DNA of 64,000 nucleotides from an uncultured Candidatus Micrarchaeota archaeon. GTDB lineage: Archaea > Micrarchaeota > Micrarchaeia > Anstonellales > Bilamarchaeaceae. Location of the stretch: the NCBI GenBank assembly GCA_903835385.1, contig CAILMQ010000032.1:5976-69975 (forward strand). The letters run 5' to 3'. A program made the position numbers and the translations under genes. Below are positions 1 through 8,748 of this stretch, piece by piece (the first letter of the stretch is position 1; every line of letters starts with the position of its first letter). The notes beneath the pieces are model-generated. The model saw nothing but the letters and a program-made list of their open reading frames with translations. It had not been told where the DNA came from and did no database searches.

Positions 1-81
1 TACGCACTTACCTCGCCCGGGAGGGGGCTCAGGCGACGCGACCTGGTGTGGGATTCAGTGCGCCACGGAAAGGAAAGGAGG

Positions 82-1131
82 ATGTATTATTATTGCAAGA
101 AGGCGCGCAAGGGCATGGGCGCCTATTATGCGGTGGTCGGCACCCGCAGCTGGTACAACAAGTACGGGCTTCGCGTCCTGAATCCCGACCCCAGGCCATG
201 GCATGAAACAGCGAAACGGGCCCTCGCGCCTGAAAACAATATGGTTGGGCGCGCGCACCCGGCGATATTCTCCACTGTAATCGGCATGACACACGAATCC
301 CGTATGGGCTGCCCGCAGGAAATGCCCCGTGCGTACATTGCATCCGAATCCACGGGCAGGATAACAAATGGCACGGAGCGCGAAATCCGCGGCCAGATGC
401 ATGGGGGCATGGCAGCAGGCCATTTCAGCTCATTGGTCCCGGCTTTGCTGCACTTCGCGGAATCCGTAGCGCGCGCAGACGAAGCCGGCCGAAGAATCCC
501 CGCTACGGGCAGTGACGTGCCAGCTAATTCGGCAATCGTGTCCGGCGTACTCCGCACCGTGCCCCAGGCTCTGGCCGCCGGGCTCAGGGCCATCAGTTTC
601 CTGCTGCAGGCCGCTGCAAGCAACGGCGCGTCAAAACCGGCCGGGAATGGGATTGCAGCGCGCGCAGCCGGAGCGGCGGCGGAGCGCACGGAACTCCCGT
701 CAAATCCGCAATCACAGCCAGGATACCCAAAAGACAATGCCCCACAGCGACTGCAGCGCGGGATGGGACAAAGCGCACGGGATGTGGCGCAGGAAATTCG
801 CGGTGATGGAGCAACGGCAGGGCCCGCCGTGGATATGAGTGGCACCGCGGCGGACCGCGGGCCCGGTCCGTTGGACGCCGTGCCCGTACCGGCCATTGCG
901 GCTGCGAAAATCAGCACCAGTCGGACCGGATACGTTGCGTTTGTTAGGCCAGAAGGCAGCGTACAAAGCGCGCAAACCGAAACCTCCGTGGCGGCAAGCT
1001 GCCGGATGCCGGAAATGCAGAGTTTGAAGGCCGCGGTAGCGCGCCCTGCTTCCAGTGTTTACATCCCACCCAGAATCCGCGGGAAGGCGTTCCGGCAGAT
1101 GGTTGTCGGTGCCGAGGCATTGCCCGAGTAA
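82..1131 (+). CDS. hypothetical protein, Ala/Gly/Pro-rich, no recognisable domain
   Basis: Long ORF (track 46..1131). The ATG at 82 is preceded by an SD-like GGAAAGGAGG. The antisense ORF 126..917 looks like a high-GC shadow ORF. Confidence 0.4.
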   Translation: MYYYCKKARKGMGAYYAVVGTRSWYNKYGLRVLNPDPRPWHETAKRALAPENNMVGRAHPAIFSTVIGMTHESRMGCPQEMPRAYIASESTGRITNGTEREIRGQMHGGMAAGHFSSLVPALLHFAESVARADEAGRRIPATGSDVPANSAIVSGVLRTVPQALAAGLRAISFLLQAAASNGASKPAGNGIAARAAGAAAERTELPSNPQSQPGYPKDNAPQRLQRGMGQSARDVAQEIRGDGATAGPAVDMSGTAADRGPGPLDAVPVPAIAAAKISTSRTGYVAFVRPEGSVQSAQTETSVAASCRMPEMQSLKAAVARPASSVYIPPRIRGKAFRQMVVGAEALPE

Positions 1132-1136
1132 TTACT

Positions 1137-1745
1137 CTACTTATCAGAAGTCAGGCTGCTCAGTATCTCGTACGCCCTCGCGGTGTCCGCCTCCTTGACC
1201 ACCAGCAGCGTGTCGGTGTAGCATGAGACGAATTCCGCGACGTTTATGCCCTCCTCGGCCAGGGCGTCCAGGATGTGGGCGAGCACGCCCGGCGTGTCCT
1301 CCAGCGAGGGCGGGCTGTGGACGGTTATGAGGTTGAGGTTTGACTCCAGGCGCACCACGGATTTGGAGCGCCCGGCCTTTTCCGCCTCATGCAGGGTGGC
1401 GACATAGGTTATCATGCCGCCGCTCTCGGCATAGGACAGGTATTTTATCCTCTCAAGCTCGCGGGAGCATATTATCACCGCGACCTTGCTCCTTATGGAA
1501 AGCGAGCTGCCGCGCAAAACCGAGAGTATCCTGCCTTCCAGGTCCTCCTCCCTTTCCCGTATCCTGCCCACCATGCGCACCAGGGCCATCTTCACCGCAT
1601 TCGAGCGCCGCTCGTTGCCGAAGGCGTCCCTGGATATCCTCCTGGCGAGGGAGGAGTAGTTGGCTATGCGCTCGCGCAGCATCTCCTTGAGGAAGGGGCG
1701 TTTCTTGACGTAGAGCCACACCAGCTCGGATATGCTTTCCTGCAT
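1137..1745 (-). CDS. ACT-domain protein with helical N-terminal region
   Basis: 202-aa ORF. The C-terminal half (NLITVHSPPSLEDTPGVLAHILDALAEEGINVAEFVSCYTDTLLVV) looks like an ACT fold. Confidence 0.6.
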   Translation of the reverse strand: MQESISELVWLYVKKRPFLKEMLRERIANYSSLARRISRDAFGNERRSNAVKMALVRMVGRIREREEDLEGRILSVLRGSSLSIRSKVAVIICSRELERIKYLSYAESGGMITYVATLHEAEKAGRSKSVVRLESNLNLITVHSPPSLEDTPGVLAHILDALAEEGINVAEFVSCYTDTLLVVKEADTARAYEILSSLTSDK

Positions 1746-1827
1746 GTGTTACATTTGGAACAGAATACAATATAAATGTAACGCAGGTTACGAAATGCTT
1801 AAATAGCGGGTCCGGCGCAATGAAATC

Positions 1828-2430
1828 ATGATTGCAACAGTGCCACGGGGCAACATGGGAAGCCATTCAACACGGCGCGCAAGCGGGCCTGATTCATGCC
1901 TGGTGCGCGCGATGCCGCTAGCGGACATGGTGCCGCGCATCGCAGGGGGCCATGAGTTCGCATGCGAACCGAGCCTGAAATGCTTTACGCCATCCGACCT
2001 GGCACGGATAAAATCCCTGCTGGAGCGCAGCTTCGGGAAAATGCTCGTGGAAGGCTATCTGGACAGCGATGATTTCCGGGGAGTGATTGTGGAAAAGGGG
2101 CCGTCCGGCCCGAAGGGCGTCGCCCTGGTGAGGGAAATACCCGGCATACCGTATTCCTACCTTTGCAAATTCGCGACAGACCCGGAGTGCCGGCGTAACG
2201 GGGTCGCGGGCGGGCTATGGACGGTTCTGACATCTGAATACAAGCCTCTTGTATGGCGGGTCGCCCAGGGCAATACATGTGCAAACGAATGGTATGTAAA
2301 AAGAGGGGCGCAGGGGCCGGTGCAGGTGGGAAAGTGGAACGTGTATTGGCTCGACGTGAGAGACACGGAAGCCGCCAACCTCGCACCCGTAGTGGCGGGA
2401 ATACCGGAAACGTTCGTCGCAGCGAAGTGA
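1828..2430 (+). CDS. acetyltransferase resembling the N-acetylglutamate synthase NAT domain (DUF619-like)
   Basis: LCKFATDPECRRNGVAGGLWTVL and KPLVWRV...NEWYVKR resemble the NAGS acetyltransferase domain. It lies directly upstream of argB. The start is uncertain (1828, 1855 or 1912). Confidence 0.5.
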   Translation: MIATVPRGNMGSHSTRRASGPDSCLVRAMPLADMVPRIAGGHEFACEPSLKCFTPSDLARIKSLLERSFGKMLVEGYLDSDDFRGVIVEKGPSGPKGVALVREIPGIPYSYLCKFATDPECRRNGVAGGLWTVLTSEYKPLVWRVAQGNTCANEWYVKRGAQGPVQVGKWNVYWLDVRDTEAANLAPVVAGIPETFVAAK

Positions 2431-2434
2431 GAAC

Positions 2435-3295
2435 ATGGCACAGGCGACTCACCTGCAACTTCTTAGAGAGGGCCGCCTCCAGCCCCCGGCCAACAAGCAA
2501 CGGCAGCCGGAGGCCGGCAAGCTGCTTTCCAACCTGGTGGTCGTGAAGCTCAGCGGCAAAATCCTGGATGATGGGGGGAGGCTCGCTGCGCTCGCAGCCG
2601 ACATAAAGGATGCTGTCCGCAAGGGGAGCAAGTTCATAATAGTCCACGGAGGCGGGAAGCAGATAGACGCGGCGCTTTCCCAAGCCGGCATCAAAACGGA
2701 AAAAAAGGACGGGATACGGGTCACCACCCCCAAGGCCATGCACGTCATCACAAGCGTGCTTGAAGGCATAAACCACGAAATAGCCCGTGCGGTCAGGGAG
2801 TACGGCATGGAGGTCCGGCAGGTGGGCATCGCCGGCGGAGCGCCGGTGGTGTTCGGCAAGCCGATAGGCGACAGCTGCAGCGGCAACGTGGACAAAGTGG
2901 ACCTTGCGGTGCTCAAGCACGTGCTGGGGAAAAGCGACGTGGTGGTGATGTCCTCCATGGGGCTCCAGGGCAGCGGCGACGATTACCGGTTCCTGAACAT
3001 AAATGCCGACGAGGTGGCCGCTTGCGTGGCAGCCGGGGCAGGCGCAGGAAAGCTCATCATGCTCTCGGACAAGGCCGTGCTCGGAAGAGACGGCTCGAGG
3101 CTGGCGGTGCTGGACCAGGGAGCAGCCGCGCTGCTCATGGAGCAGGGCGTGATAACCGACGGCATGGCAGTCAAGGCCAGAAGCCTGGCCATAGCCGCCG
3201 GGCATGTGGAGTGCGTTGTCGTCGCAGGGAGCGAGGAGCGCCTGGCCGGAATCCTGGAAGGCGGTTACGGCGGAGCCACGAGGTTCGTCCTTTAA
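2435..3295 (+). CDS. argB: acetylglutamate kinase (amino acid kinase family)
   Basis: VVVKLSGKILDD...FIIVHGGGKQID...GIRVTT motifs are typical of ArgB/LysZ. Confidence 0.85.
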   Translation: MAQATHLQLLREGRLQPPANKQRQPEAGKLLSNLVVVKLSGKILDDGGRLAALAADIKDAVRKGSKFIIVHGGGKQIDAALSQAGIKTEKKDGIRVTTPKAMHVITSVLEGINHEIARAVREYGMEVRQVGIAGGAPVVFGKPIGDSCSGNVDKVDLAVLKHVLGKSDVVVMSSMGLQGSGDDYRFLNINADEVAACVAAGAGAGKLIMLSDKAVLGRDGSRLAVLDQGAAALLMEQGVITDGMAVKARSLAIAAGHVECVVVAGSEERLAGILEGGYGGATRFVL

Positions 3296-3524
3296 ATATT
3301 ATACATCAGCTCGCATAAACTGACACCGATAAGGGGAAGATTTATAAAGATGAATAAATTTAACCAGTAATTGACTTACGCTCTTTTTGAGTGCATGGGA
3401 GGATAACTGGTCGCCTTGCCAGCGGGTCAAACCGCTGGCCTAATTTTTGAAACGCCCAGTGCCAGATGTTTTTTTTATACGGTGCGCTTATTATTCATAT
3501 AGATGGCTTGGGCGAGTGGTTCCT

Positions 3525-4496
3525 ATGATTAATATAGACGGTTCTCATGGAGAGGGAGGAGGACAAGTAATAAGGACCGCTCTCGCCCTCGCCGCAATCA
3601 CCAAAAAAGAGGTATCCATAGACAACATCAGGGCCGGGCGGCCGAACCCCGGGCTCCAGCCCCAGCACCTGGCCGCGGCGAAGGCCGTGCGCAACGTGTG
3701 CAGGGGAACGCTCGAAGGCGCGGAGTTGGGCAGCAAAAGCCTGGTCTTCCGCCCTGGAGAGATTGTCGGCGGAAAGTACGATTTCGACATCGGCACTGCC
3801 GGTTCTGTCACGCTCGTTGCCCAGGCGCTGATTCCCATACTTCTCACGGCATCCAAAGAAAGCGAAGTGAAGATAACCGGCGGCACCCATGTGATGAAGT
3901 CGCCGGGGTATGACTATTTCGAGAAGGTCTTCCTTCCTGCGATACGACTCATGGGAGCGAATGTGGAAAGCAGGATTGTCAGGCCCGGTTTCTATCCCGC
4001 AGGAGGCGGAAGGATTGAGATGAAAATAAGGCCCTCCAGGCTCGTTGGCAACGAAATCTGGCCAAAGGAGGAACACGTGAAGGTGCTCATCCGCCTGTCC
4101 CGGCTTCCCGTGCTGGTCGCCATACGCGAGAAAAAGATATTCGTCCAGAACGGCATCGAGGACGTCCGGGTGTTCGAGGACGAGGTAAGCTGCCCGGGGA
4201 ACTGCGTCACCGCCTGGGCCGGGTTGCTGGGCGCTTATGCGCTCGGGGAGAAGGGGAAGAAGTCCGAGGCCGTGGCCCGGGAGGCCTACGATGCCCTGAT
4301 GAAGGAGAGGAAAAACGATTCGGACGTGGACATGCATCTTGCTGACCAGCTGCTCGTCTATGCGGCGCTTGCTGAGGGCAAAACCTCGTTCAAAACATCA
4401 GAAATAAGCGGGCACCTGATGACCAATAAGGGAATAATCGGAAAATTCGCTGAAAAGAGGATAACGGTGGAAGGGAACAGGCTGGTTATTGGGTAG
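3525..4496 (+). CDS. rtcA: RNA 3'-terminal phosphate cyclase
   Basis: INIDGSHGEGGGQVIRTALALAAIT...IRAGRPNPGLQPQHL...GTAGSVTLV are RtcA signatures. The start was moved to the ATG at 3525, inside track ORF 3447..4496. Confidence 0.9.
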   Translation: MINIDGSHGEGGGQVIRTALALAAITKKEVSIDNIRAGRPNPGLQPQHLAAAKAVRNVCRGTLEGAELGSKSLVFRPGEIVGGKYDFDIGTAGSVTLVAQALIPILLTASKESEVKITGGTHVMKSPGYDYFEKVFLPAIRLMGANVESRIVRPGFYPAGGGRIEMKIRPSRLVGNEIWPKEEHVKVLIRLSRLPVLVAIREKKIFVQNGIEDVRVFEDEVSCPGNCVTAWAGLLGAYALGEKGKKSEAVAREAYDALMKERKNDSDVDMHLADQLLVYAALAEGKTSFKTSEISGHLMTNKGIIGKFAEKRITVEGNRLVIG

Positions 4497-5085
4497 CGGC
4501 TGCTTCCTTTTCCGTCTTCGTCACATTCAGCACTTCGCCGCTCTTGCCAAGCGAAACCGAGTAGTAGTCCGGAGAGCTGGCCGAATCCCATTTCACGAGC
4601 CATTCGCTTCCCAAATCCCGGACGGCAGGGGTTGCGGACCAGGCGCTTATGAACGAGGCGACGCCTTCCGTCCCTGGGAACGTGTGCGACGCTATTATCG
4701 CCTCTTCCGGGAAGCTGAGTATGCAGGTGCCCTCGGTGCAGACCTCGCAGCCCCGGGTTATCACGTCAGGCGGCTGGGGGACGAAATTCTGCACCGGGTA
4801 ATCATAGTATATGTGCTCCCTCTCCGGGCACGGCGTGTATAATCCCTCCGTGACCCTGGCCTTCACTTCGAAATACTTCTCGCCCTGGCTGTTGAGCATC
4901 GGCTTCGTGTCAAGTATGGAGATGTCGGCATTCGGGTACTTCACTGCCAGGTCCTCCAGCACGAACTTCGCCGCGTCCGCGGATTCCACGTTGGGCTTGA
5001 AGAACCCGACCGCGCTGGCGAGAAGGGCGATGACCAGGAGCAGCATGATGATGAGAAGCAATTCCCTTCTGAGTCCCATGGGCAT
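4486..5085 (-). CDS. membrane-anchored extracellular hypothetical protein
   Basis: N-terminal TM helix (LLLIIMLLLVIALLASAV) followed by a Cys-containing soluble domain. Confidence 0.6.
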   Translation of the reverse strand: MPMGLRRELLLIIMLLLVIALLASAVGFFKPNVESADAAKFVLEDLAVKYPNADISILDTKPMLNSQGEKYFEVKARVTEGLYTPCPEREHIYYDYPVQNFVPQPPDVITRGCEVCTEGTCILSFPEEAIIASHTFPGTEGVASFISAWSATPAVRDLGSEWLVKWDSASSPDYYSVSLGKSGEVLNVTKTEKEAAATQ

Positions 5086-5143
5086 CGTTTCAGCTATTGG
5101 GATGATAGATTTTTTATAACTAGCGGGGGATATGCCCGGCCGG

Positions 5144-5476
5144 TCATTTGCCTTCCTTGAGCTTCATGATGGCTTCGGCGATGTCCCCGTTGCACGATTC
5201 GAGCGCGGCCCTTGCGTCCTGTTCCGAGGCTCCGGCCTGCTCGGCAACCATTTTCACGTCTTCGGCGCTTACGGAGGACTCGCTGCGCACAGTGCCGGAT
5301 ATCTGGAATGACACCTGGCCCTGGGCAATGATTTTCACGACCTGCGGGTTCTCGACAATCAGCTTGCCTTCCCCGGTCTCTATGACTACGCTCCTGGCAT
5401 CAACCTCCTCCGAGTTGATGCCCATCTGCTTCATAAGCTGCTGCATGCGCTTCGGGTCCATGCCCGGAGGCATCAT
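5144..5476 (-). CDS. nac: nascent polypeptide-associated complex protein (archaeal NAC)
   Basis: NAC domain (VVIETGEGKLIVENPQVVKI) plus a C-terminal UBA-like tail (SEQDARAALESCNGDIAEAIMKL). Confidence 0.9.
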   Translation of the reverse strand: MMPPGMDPKRMQQLMKQMGINSEEVDARSVVIETGEGKLIVENPQVVKIIAQGQVSFQISGTVRSESSVSAEDVKMVAEQAGASEQDARAALESCNGDIAEAIMKLKEGK

Positions 5477-6072
5477 GCGAATACCTCTTTGAGCTCCGAC
5501 TTGCGGATTTCGACGCGCCTTATCCTGGTGATTTTCTTCAGCACGCCGTAGAGATTGGCAGTGAACTTTCCGTAGAGCACGTCCTGCATGAGCTGGTCGA
5601 AGTTCACCGCCGAGGCGGATGCGAGGATTTCCTTCACCGTGCTGGCCCGCAGGTTCCTCATGGTATTCTCGCTCACCCGCGCGCCCGTTACCACGATGGC
5701 CTTGAGCCGGATATGGACCCCGTCCTTGCTCTTTATATCCACCACCTGGTGGATGAGCGAGCGGCCCCTCCTTGCGAACGTCTTCACGAAGGAAGGCGCT
5801 ATCTCATGGCCTATGAGCTTCGTGTTTGCCGTGGTTCCCTTCACGTCGGTTATCCTGAACCGCAGCGATGTGAACATGCCCACCTGGCCAGCGCCCGTGA
5901 CGCCGATGTCGGCGAGCGTTGTCCTGATTATCCTGTTCGTAAGCTGGGCGTCCTCCGTCGCGACCACTTCGCATATCTGCCTGGAGTCGAAAATCGCCGG
6001 GGCTGAGACCGCGTACCACTTCTTCTGCTTCCATTTGTCCACTACCTTGGTTTTCTTGGCAGCCATTGGCAT
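5473..6072 (-). CDS. rps3ae: 30S ribosomal protein S3Ae (eS1)
   Basis: KKTKVVDKWKQKKWY... is the typical eS1 N-terminus. The ATG at 6072 overlaps the S15 TGA stop as TGATG. The ATG at 6066 is an alternative start. Confidence 0.9.
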   Translation of the reverse strand: MPMAAKKTKVVDKWKQKKWYAVSAPAIFDSRQICEVVATEDAQLTNRIIRTTLADIGVTGAGQVGMFTSLRFRITDVKGTTANTKLIGHEIAPSFVKTFARRGRSLIHQVVDIKSKDGVHIRLKAIVVTGARVSENTMRNLRASTVKEILASASAVNFDQLMQDVLYGKFTANLYGVLKKITRIRRVEIRKSELKEVFA

Positions 6073-6524
6073 CACTTCACGAGGAGCGCGACCTTCTCCG
6101 CATCATATTTCCAGCCGGCGGGTATCCTTTTCTTGGCGGCGTAGTACTTCACCAGCCTGCCTATCTTGGATTCCACATGCCTGAGCTTCACATGGTTGTG
6201 GATGTCCCTTCTCGTCTTGAGGTGCTCCTGCATCCGCACCGCTTTCTTGATGAGGTTCATCAGGTCGTCCGGAAAGTCCGGCAGCGCCTTCTCCTGCCTG
6301 AGGAACGAGACCACACCCATGCCCAGCACCGCCCTGGCGTTGGGTATGGCGTGCTGGTCGCGCAGCGTGAGGCCTATCCTGGTCGGAGGCACGCCCTCCT
6401 TGGCCATTTTCAGGATCATTTCCTTCACTTCGGCCTTCTTGGCGCCGGACCATTCCGGAGCTACCGTTGATTTCGGCCTTTTCGTGCCCGCCTTCCCCTT
6501 CCGTTTCGAATGTAATCTTGCTAT
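6072..6524 (-). CDS. rps15: 30S ribosomal protein S15 (uS15/S13e) with apparent ATA start
   Basis: The track ORF starts at GTG 6428, but the conserved N-terminus (ARLHSKRKGKAGTKRPKSTVAPEW) continues in frame upstream to ATA at 6524. That ATA lies 4 nt after GGTGA and 9 nt after an in-frame TGA. No ATG, GTG or TTG is available in between. Confidence 0.8.
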   Translation of the reverse strand: MARLHSKRKGKAGTKRPKSTVAPEWSGAKKAEVKEMILKMAKEGVPPTRIGLTLRDQHAIPNARAVLGMGVVSFLRQEKALPDFPDDLMNLIKKAVRMQEHLKTRRDIHNHVKLRHVESKIGRLVKYYAAKKRIPAGWKYDAEKVALLVK

Positions 6525-6533
6525 GTACTCACC

Positions 6534-7106
6534 TCAGATTTTAGTGGAGCCCTTCTGATATCCTTGGAGATACCTGGAAAACTCTGAAAGAGATTTGTAT
6601 CTATGCGATAGTTTGTTTTTTAATTGTATGTTTTGCGCGAACGTCTGAGAATGGCCTTCGGGCACGAATATGGGGTCGTAGCCGAAACCCGCCTTCCCTT
6701 CCGGCTTTTTGGGGATTGCCCCCCTGCATGCGCCCACGAACGTCCTGACGTCCCTGCCGTCCGCGGTGAACGCTATGGCAGCCCGGAATTCCGCGAACCT
6801 GTCCGGCACGCCCTCGAGCAACCTGAGTATTCCGGTGTTCCCGATTTTCTTCTGCACCCAGGCGGAGTAGGTTCCGGGAAATCCGTCGAGCACGTGGATG
6901 AAAAGCCCGGCGTCTTCCACGAATACGGGCTTTTGCACCTGGGCATAGGCGGCGCGGACGGCTTCGGTAGCGACCTCCTCGAGGCTGTCCGAACGTATTT
7001 CGTTGTGCACGAAAGGAAAGTGCCTGACATCCATGCCTTCCTTCCCGAGAATCTCCTTCGCCTCGCGGAATTTGCCGGCGTTGGATGTGGCGAAATGAAC
7101 CTCCAT
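6534..7106 (-). CDS. non-canonical purine NTP pyrophosphatase (HAM1/RdgB family)
   Basis: FATSNAGKFREA...FVEDAGLFI..L.GFPG.YSA...GFGYDPIF motifs. A TATA-like CTATAAATAT lies about 27 nt upstream of the ATG at 7106, suggesting a leaderless mRNA. Confidence 0.85.
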   Translation of the reverse strand: MEVHFATSNAGKFREAKEILGKEGMDVRHFPFVHNEIRSDSLEEVATEAVRAAYAQVQKPVFVEDAGLFIHVLDGFPGTYSAWVQKKIGNTGILRLLEGVPDRFAEFRAAIAFTADGRDVRTFVGACRGAIPKKPEGKAGFGYDPIFVPEGHSQTFAQNIQLKNKLSHRYKSLSEFSRYLQGYQKGSTKI

Positions 7107-7140
7107 GAAGAACACATGTTAATATAGATATTTATAGATA

Positions 7141-7275
7141 TCCGGCTGCTGTTGAAAATTAAGGGTTGAACTTATTACGGTTATTCATCGCTTCTCTCCT
7201 GCGAACCCATCATCGCTTCTGCGATTTCGCAAGGCAGTACGGGAAATGCCAACTATTTTAATTTACATCAGGCTA
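7141..7275 (-). repeat. promoter-proximal repeat, copy 1 (inverted relative to copy 2)
   Basis: The reverse complement aligns with 24871..25019. A 33-nt core TAGCCTGATGYAAATTAAAATAGTTGGCATTTC is identical at 32 of 33 positions. Confidence 0.65.
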
Positions 7276-7325
7276 ATCCGGTTCAGATGAAAAGGAGAAC
7301 GGGGAATGGAAAATAAAAGGGTGAT

Positions 7326-8021
7326 ATGGTGGCACTCAGGAAGTCGGGGAAGAAGGGCGGAAAGGCGACAGGCCCTCTGCTGAAGGAAATAGAGAAGGCG
7401 ATGCGCAGCGTGAAGCTTTATCCCGTGGCAGTGAACGCGGCTGCGAAGGACGCGGCAGTGGAGGCCCTGCGGAAGGCCTATTCCAAGGGCGGCGACTCCG
7501 TGCGGCAGCACGTGCTTTTCCTGATAAACGAGATGGTCGCCCAGGCATCTGACCTGCGGGTGATGAAAACCTACGAGCATTTCAGGCAAAAATCCCCGAA
7601 ACAGGCGCCGGGCAGCCTTCGGATGAGCGTTTATCGGGAGATGTTCGATTATACCTCTTCGGTTGAAGGGCTTGCGGAGCTGGTGCTCCTGCTGGGCGAG
7701 CTGGAGGGGGACGAGCCCGCGAAGCTGCTCTCGCACTTTTTCTCCAGCCTCTGCGCCTCGGACAGCGAACTCAACCGCATGCTGCGGAACGCATCAATAG
7801 AGGCCCTGGGCTCCTCGGACTCGCCATACGCGCTGAAGGCGCTGATGGACTACGCGCGGCTAACGGACAGCGACAAGCTTTTCGGCCGCATGGTGGGCGC
7901 GCTCTCGGAATGGGCGGGCAAGATTGACACCCTGGAACTGCCTGCGGCGGACAAGGGGGAAATGAAGGAGGATCTCAAGGACCTGATGGCCAAGGAGGAG
8001 AAGCCGACGCAGTACGGATAG
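7326..8021 (+). CDS. hypothetical all-helical (HEAT/ARM-like) protein
   Basis: 231-aa ORF with repeated helical segments ending in IEALGSSDSPYALKALMDY. No enzymatic motif. Confidence 0.55.
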   Translation: MVALRKSGKKGGKATGPLLKEIEKAMRSVKLYPVAVNAAAKDAAVEALRKAYSKGGDSVRQHVLFLINEMVAQASDLRVMKTYEHFRQKSPKQAPGSLRMSVYREMFDYTSSVEGLAELVLLLGELEGDEPAKLLSHFFSSLCASDSELNRMLRNASIEALGSSDSPYALKALMDYARLTDSDKLFGRMVGALSEWAGKIDTLELPAADKGEMKEDLKDLMAKEEKPTQYG

Positions 8022-8157
8022 GCGTGTCCTGTGTCGTGTGTCCTGTGTTCGGGGTTTTGCGATATGGCAAAGGCTGGAGCTGGGATTCCAAAAAGAATCA
8101 AGGCGACCGAAGAGACCCCGCCGCAAGCGGTGGGGTGTACCTCATTCGGTCGCCAAC

Positions 8158-8208
8158 TTCCCAAATTGGGTCGCTGCAAGCAGCGGGGTACGAACCCCAA
8201 TTTGGGAA
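8158..8208. repeat. perfect 13-bp inverted repeat enclosing a second hairpin
   Basis: TTCCCAAATTGGG t CGCTGC aa GCAGCG gggtacgaac CCCAATTTGGGAA. Confidence 0.7.
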
Positions 8209-8210
8209 TC

Positions 8211-8732
8211 GTGCTGAAAGACGGCCGGATCGCAACCGTTTCCTTTCTCAGCCGGAAAGACAGCGCGCTCGAGCTGCGACGATACATAAATTCGCTGATT
8301 GCCGAGAACGTCTACCTCGTGCATGACAAAAAATACTCGCTGAAAGAGCAAAAAGAATGGAAGAGAAATTCGCTTCACGCGATGGGAAAGGGCGGGTATT
8401 ACCATATCGTCGCGCGCGTGGACGGGAAGATCGCCGGGACCACGGACGCGAGGCGCGGCAGGCTCAAGGAAAGAAACAACGTCTCGCTCGGGCTCGCGAT
8501 TGCGAAGCCGTATCGCGGGGTTGGTTTGGGCGAAGCGATGCTAAGGCTGGATATAGAAACGGCCCGCAAATTACTTAAGCCGAAAAACATATGGCTGTCA
8601 GTGTTCGCCCCGAACAAGCCGGCGCGGGCGCTCTACAAAAAGCTCGGCTTCAGGGAGTTCGCCGTGTTCCCGAAATGGATGCTGCACAAGGGGAAATACG
8701 TGGATAGCGTGTGCCTGATACTGAAACGCTGA
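8211..8732 (+). CDS. GNAT family N-acetyltransferase
   Basis: The C-terminal AIAKPYRGVGLGEAML...ALYKKLGFREF is the GNAT acetyl-CoA motif. The track ORF begins at 8031, but 8158..8208 is a perfect hairpin, so the start may be GTG 8211 or TTG 8202. This remains uncertain. Confidence 0.7.
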   Translation: MLKDGRIATVSFLSRKDSALELRRYINSLIAENVYLVHDKKYSLKEQKEWKRNSLHAMGKGGYYHIVARVDGKIAGTTDARRGRLKERNNVSLGLAIAKPYRGVGLGEAMLRLDIETARKLLKPKNIWLSVFAPNKPARALYKKLGFREFAVFPKWMLHKGKYVDSVCLILKR

Positions 8733-8748
8733 ATCAGGGGCTCCGGCC

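Noticed and set aside
126-917. Long antisense and alternative-frame ORFs throughout. Examples: 126..917(-), 1985..3205(-), 21739..22734(+), 22753..24231(+), 25678..26529(-), 55965..56954(+) and 60428..61171(-).
   Set aside because: They lie opposite or out of frame to genes with strong family signatures. Their Arg/Ala/Gly/Pro-rich composition is typical of shadow ORFs in high-GC DNA, and they lack recognisable motifs.
3296-3446. Possible small RNA between argB and rtcA: a TATA-like GATTTATAAAG, then the hairpin CCAGCGG-GTCAAA-CCGCTGG followed by a T-run.
   Set aside because: There is only a single hairpin plus promoter-like and terminator-like words, with no second copy or recognisable family. 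It could equally be the argB terminator and the rtcA promoter.
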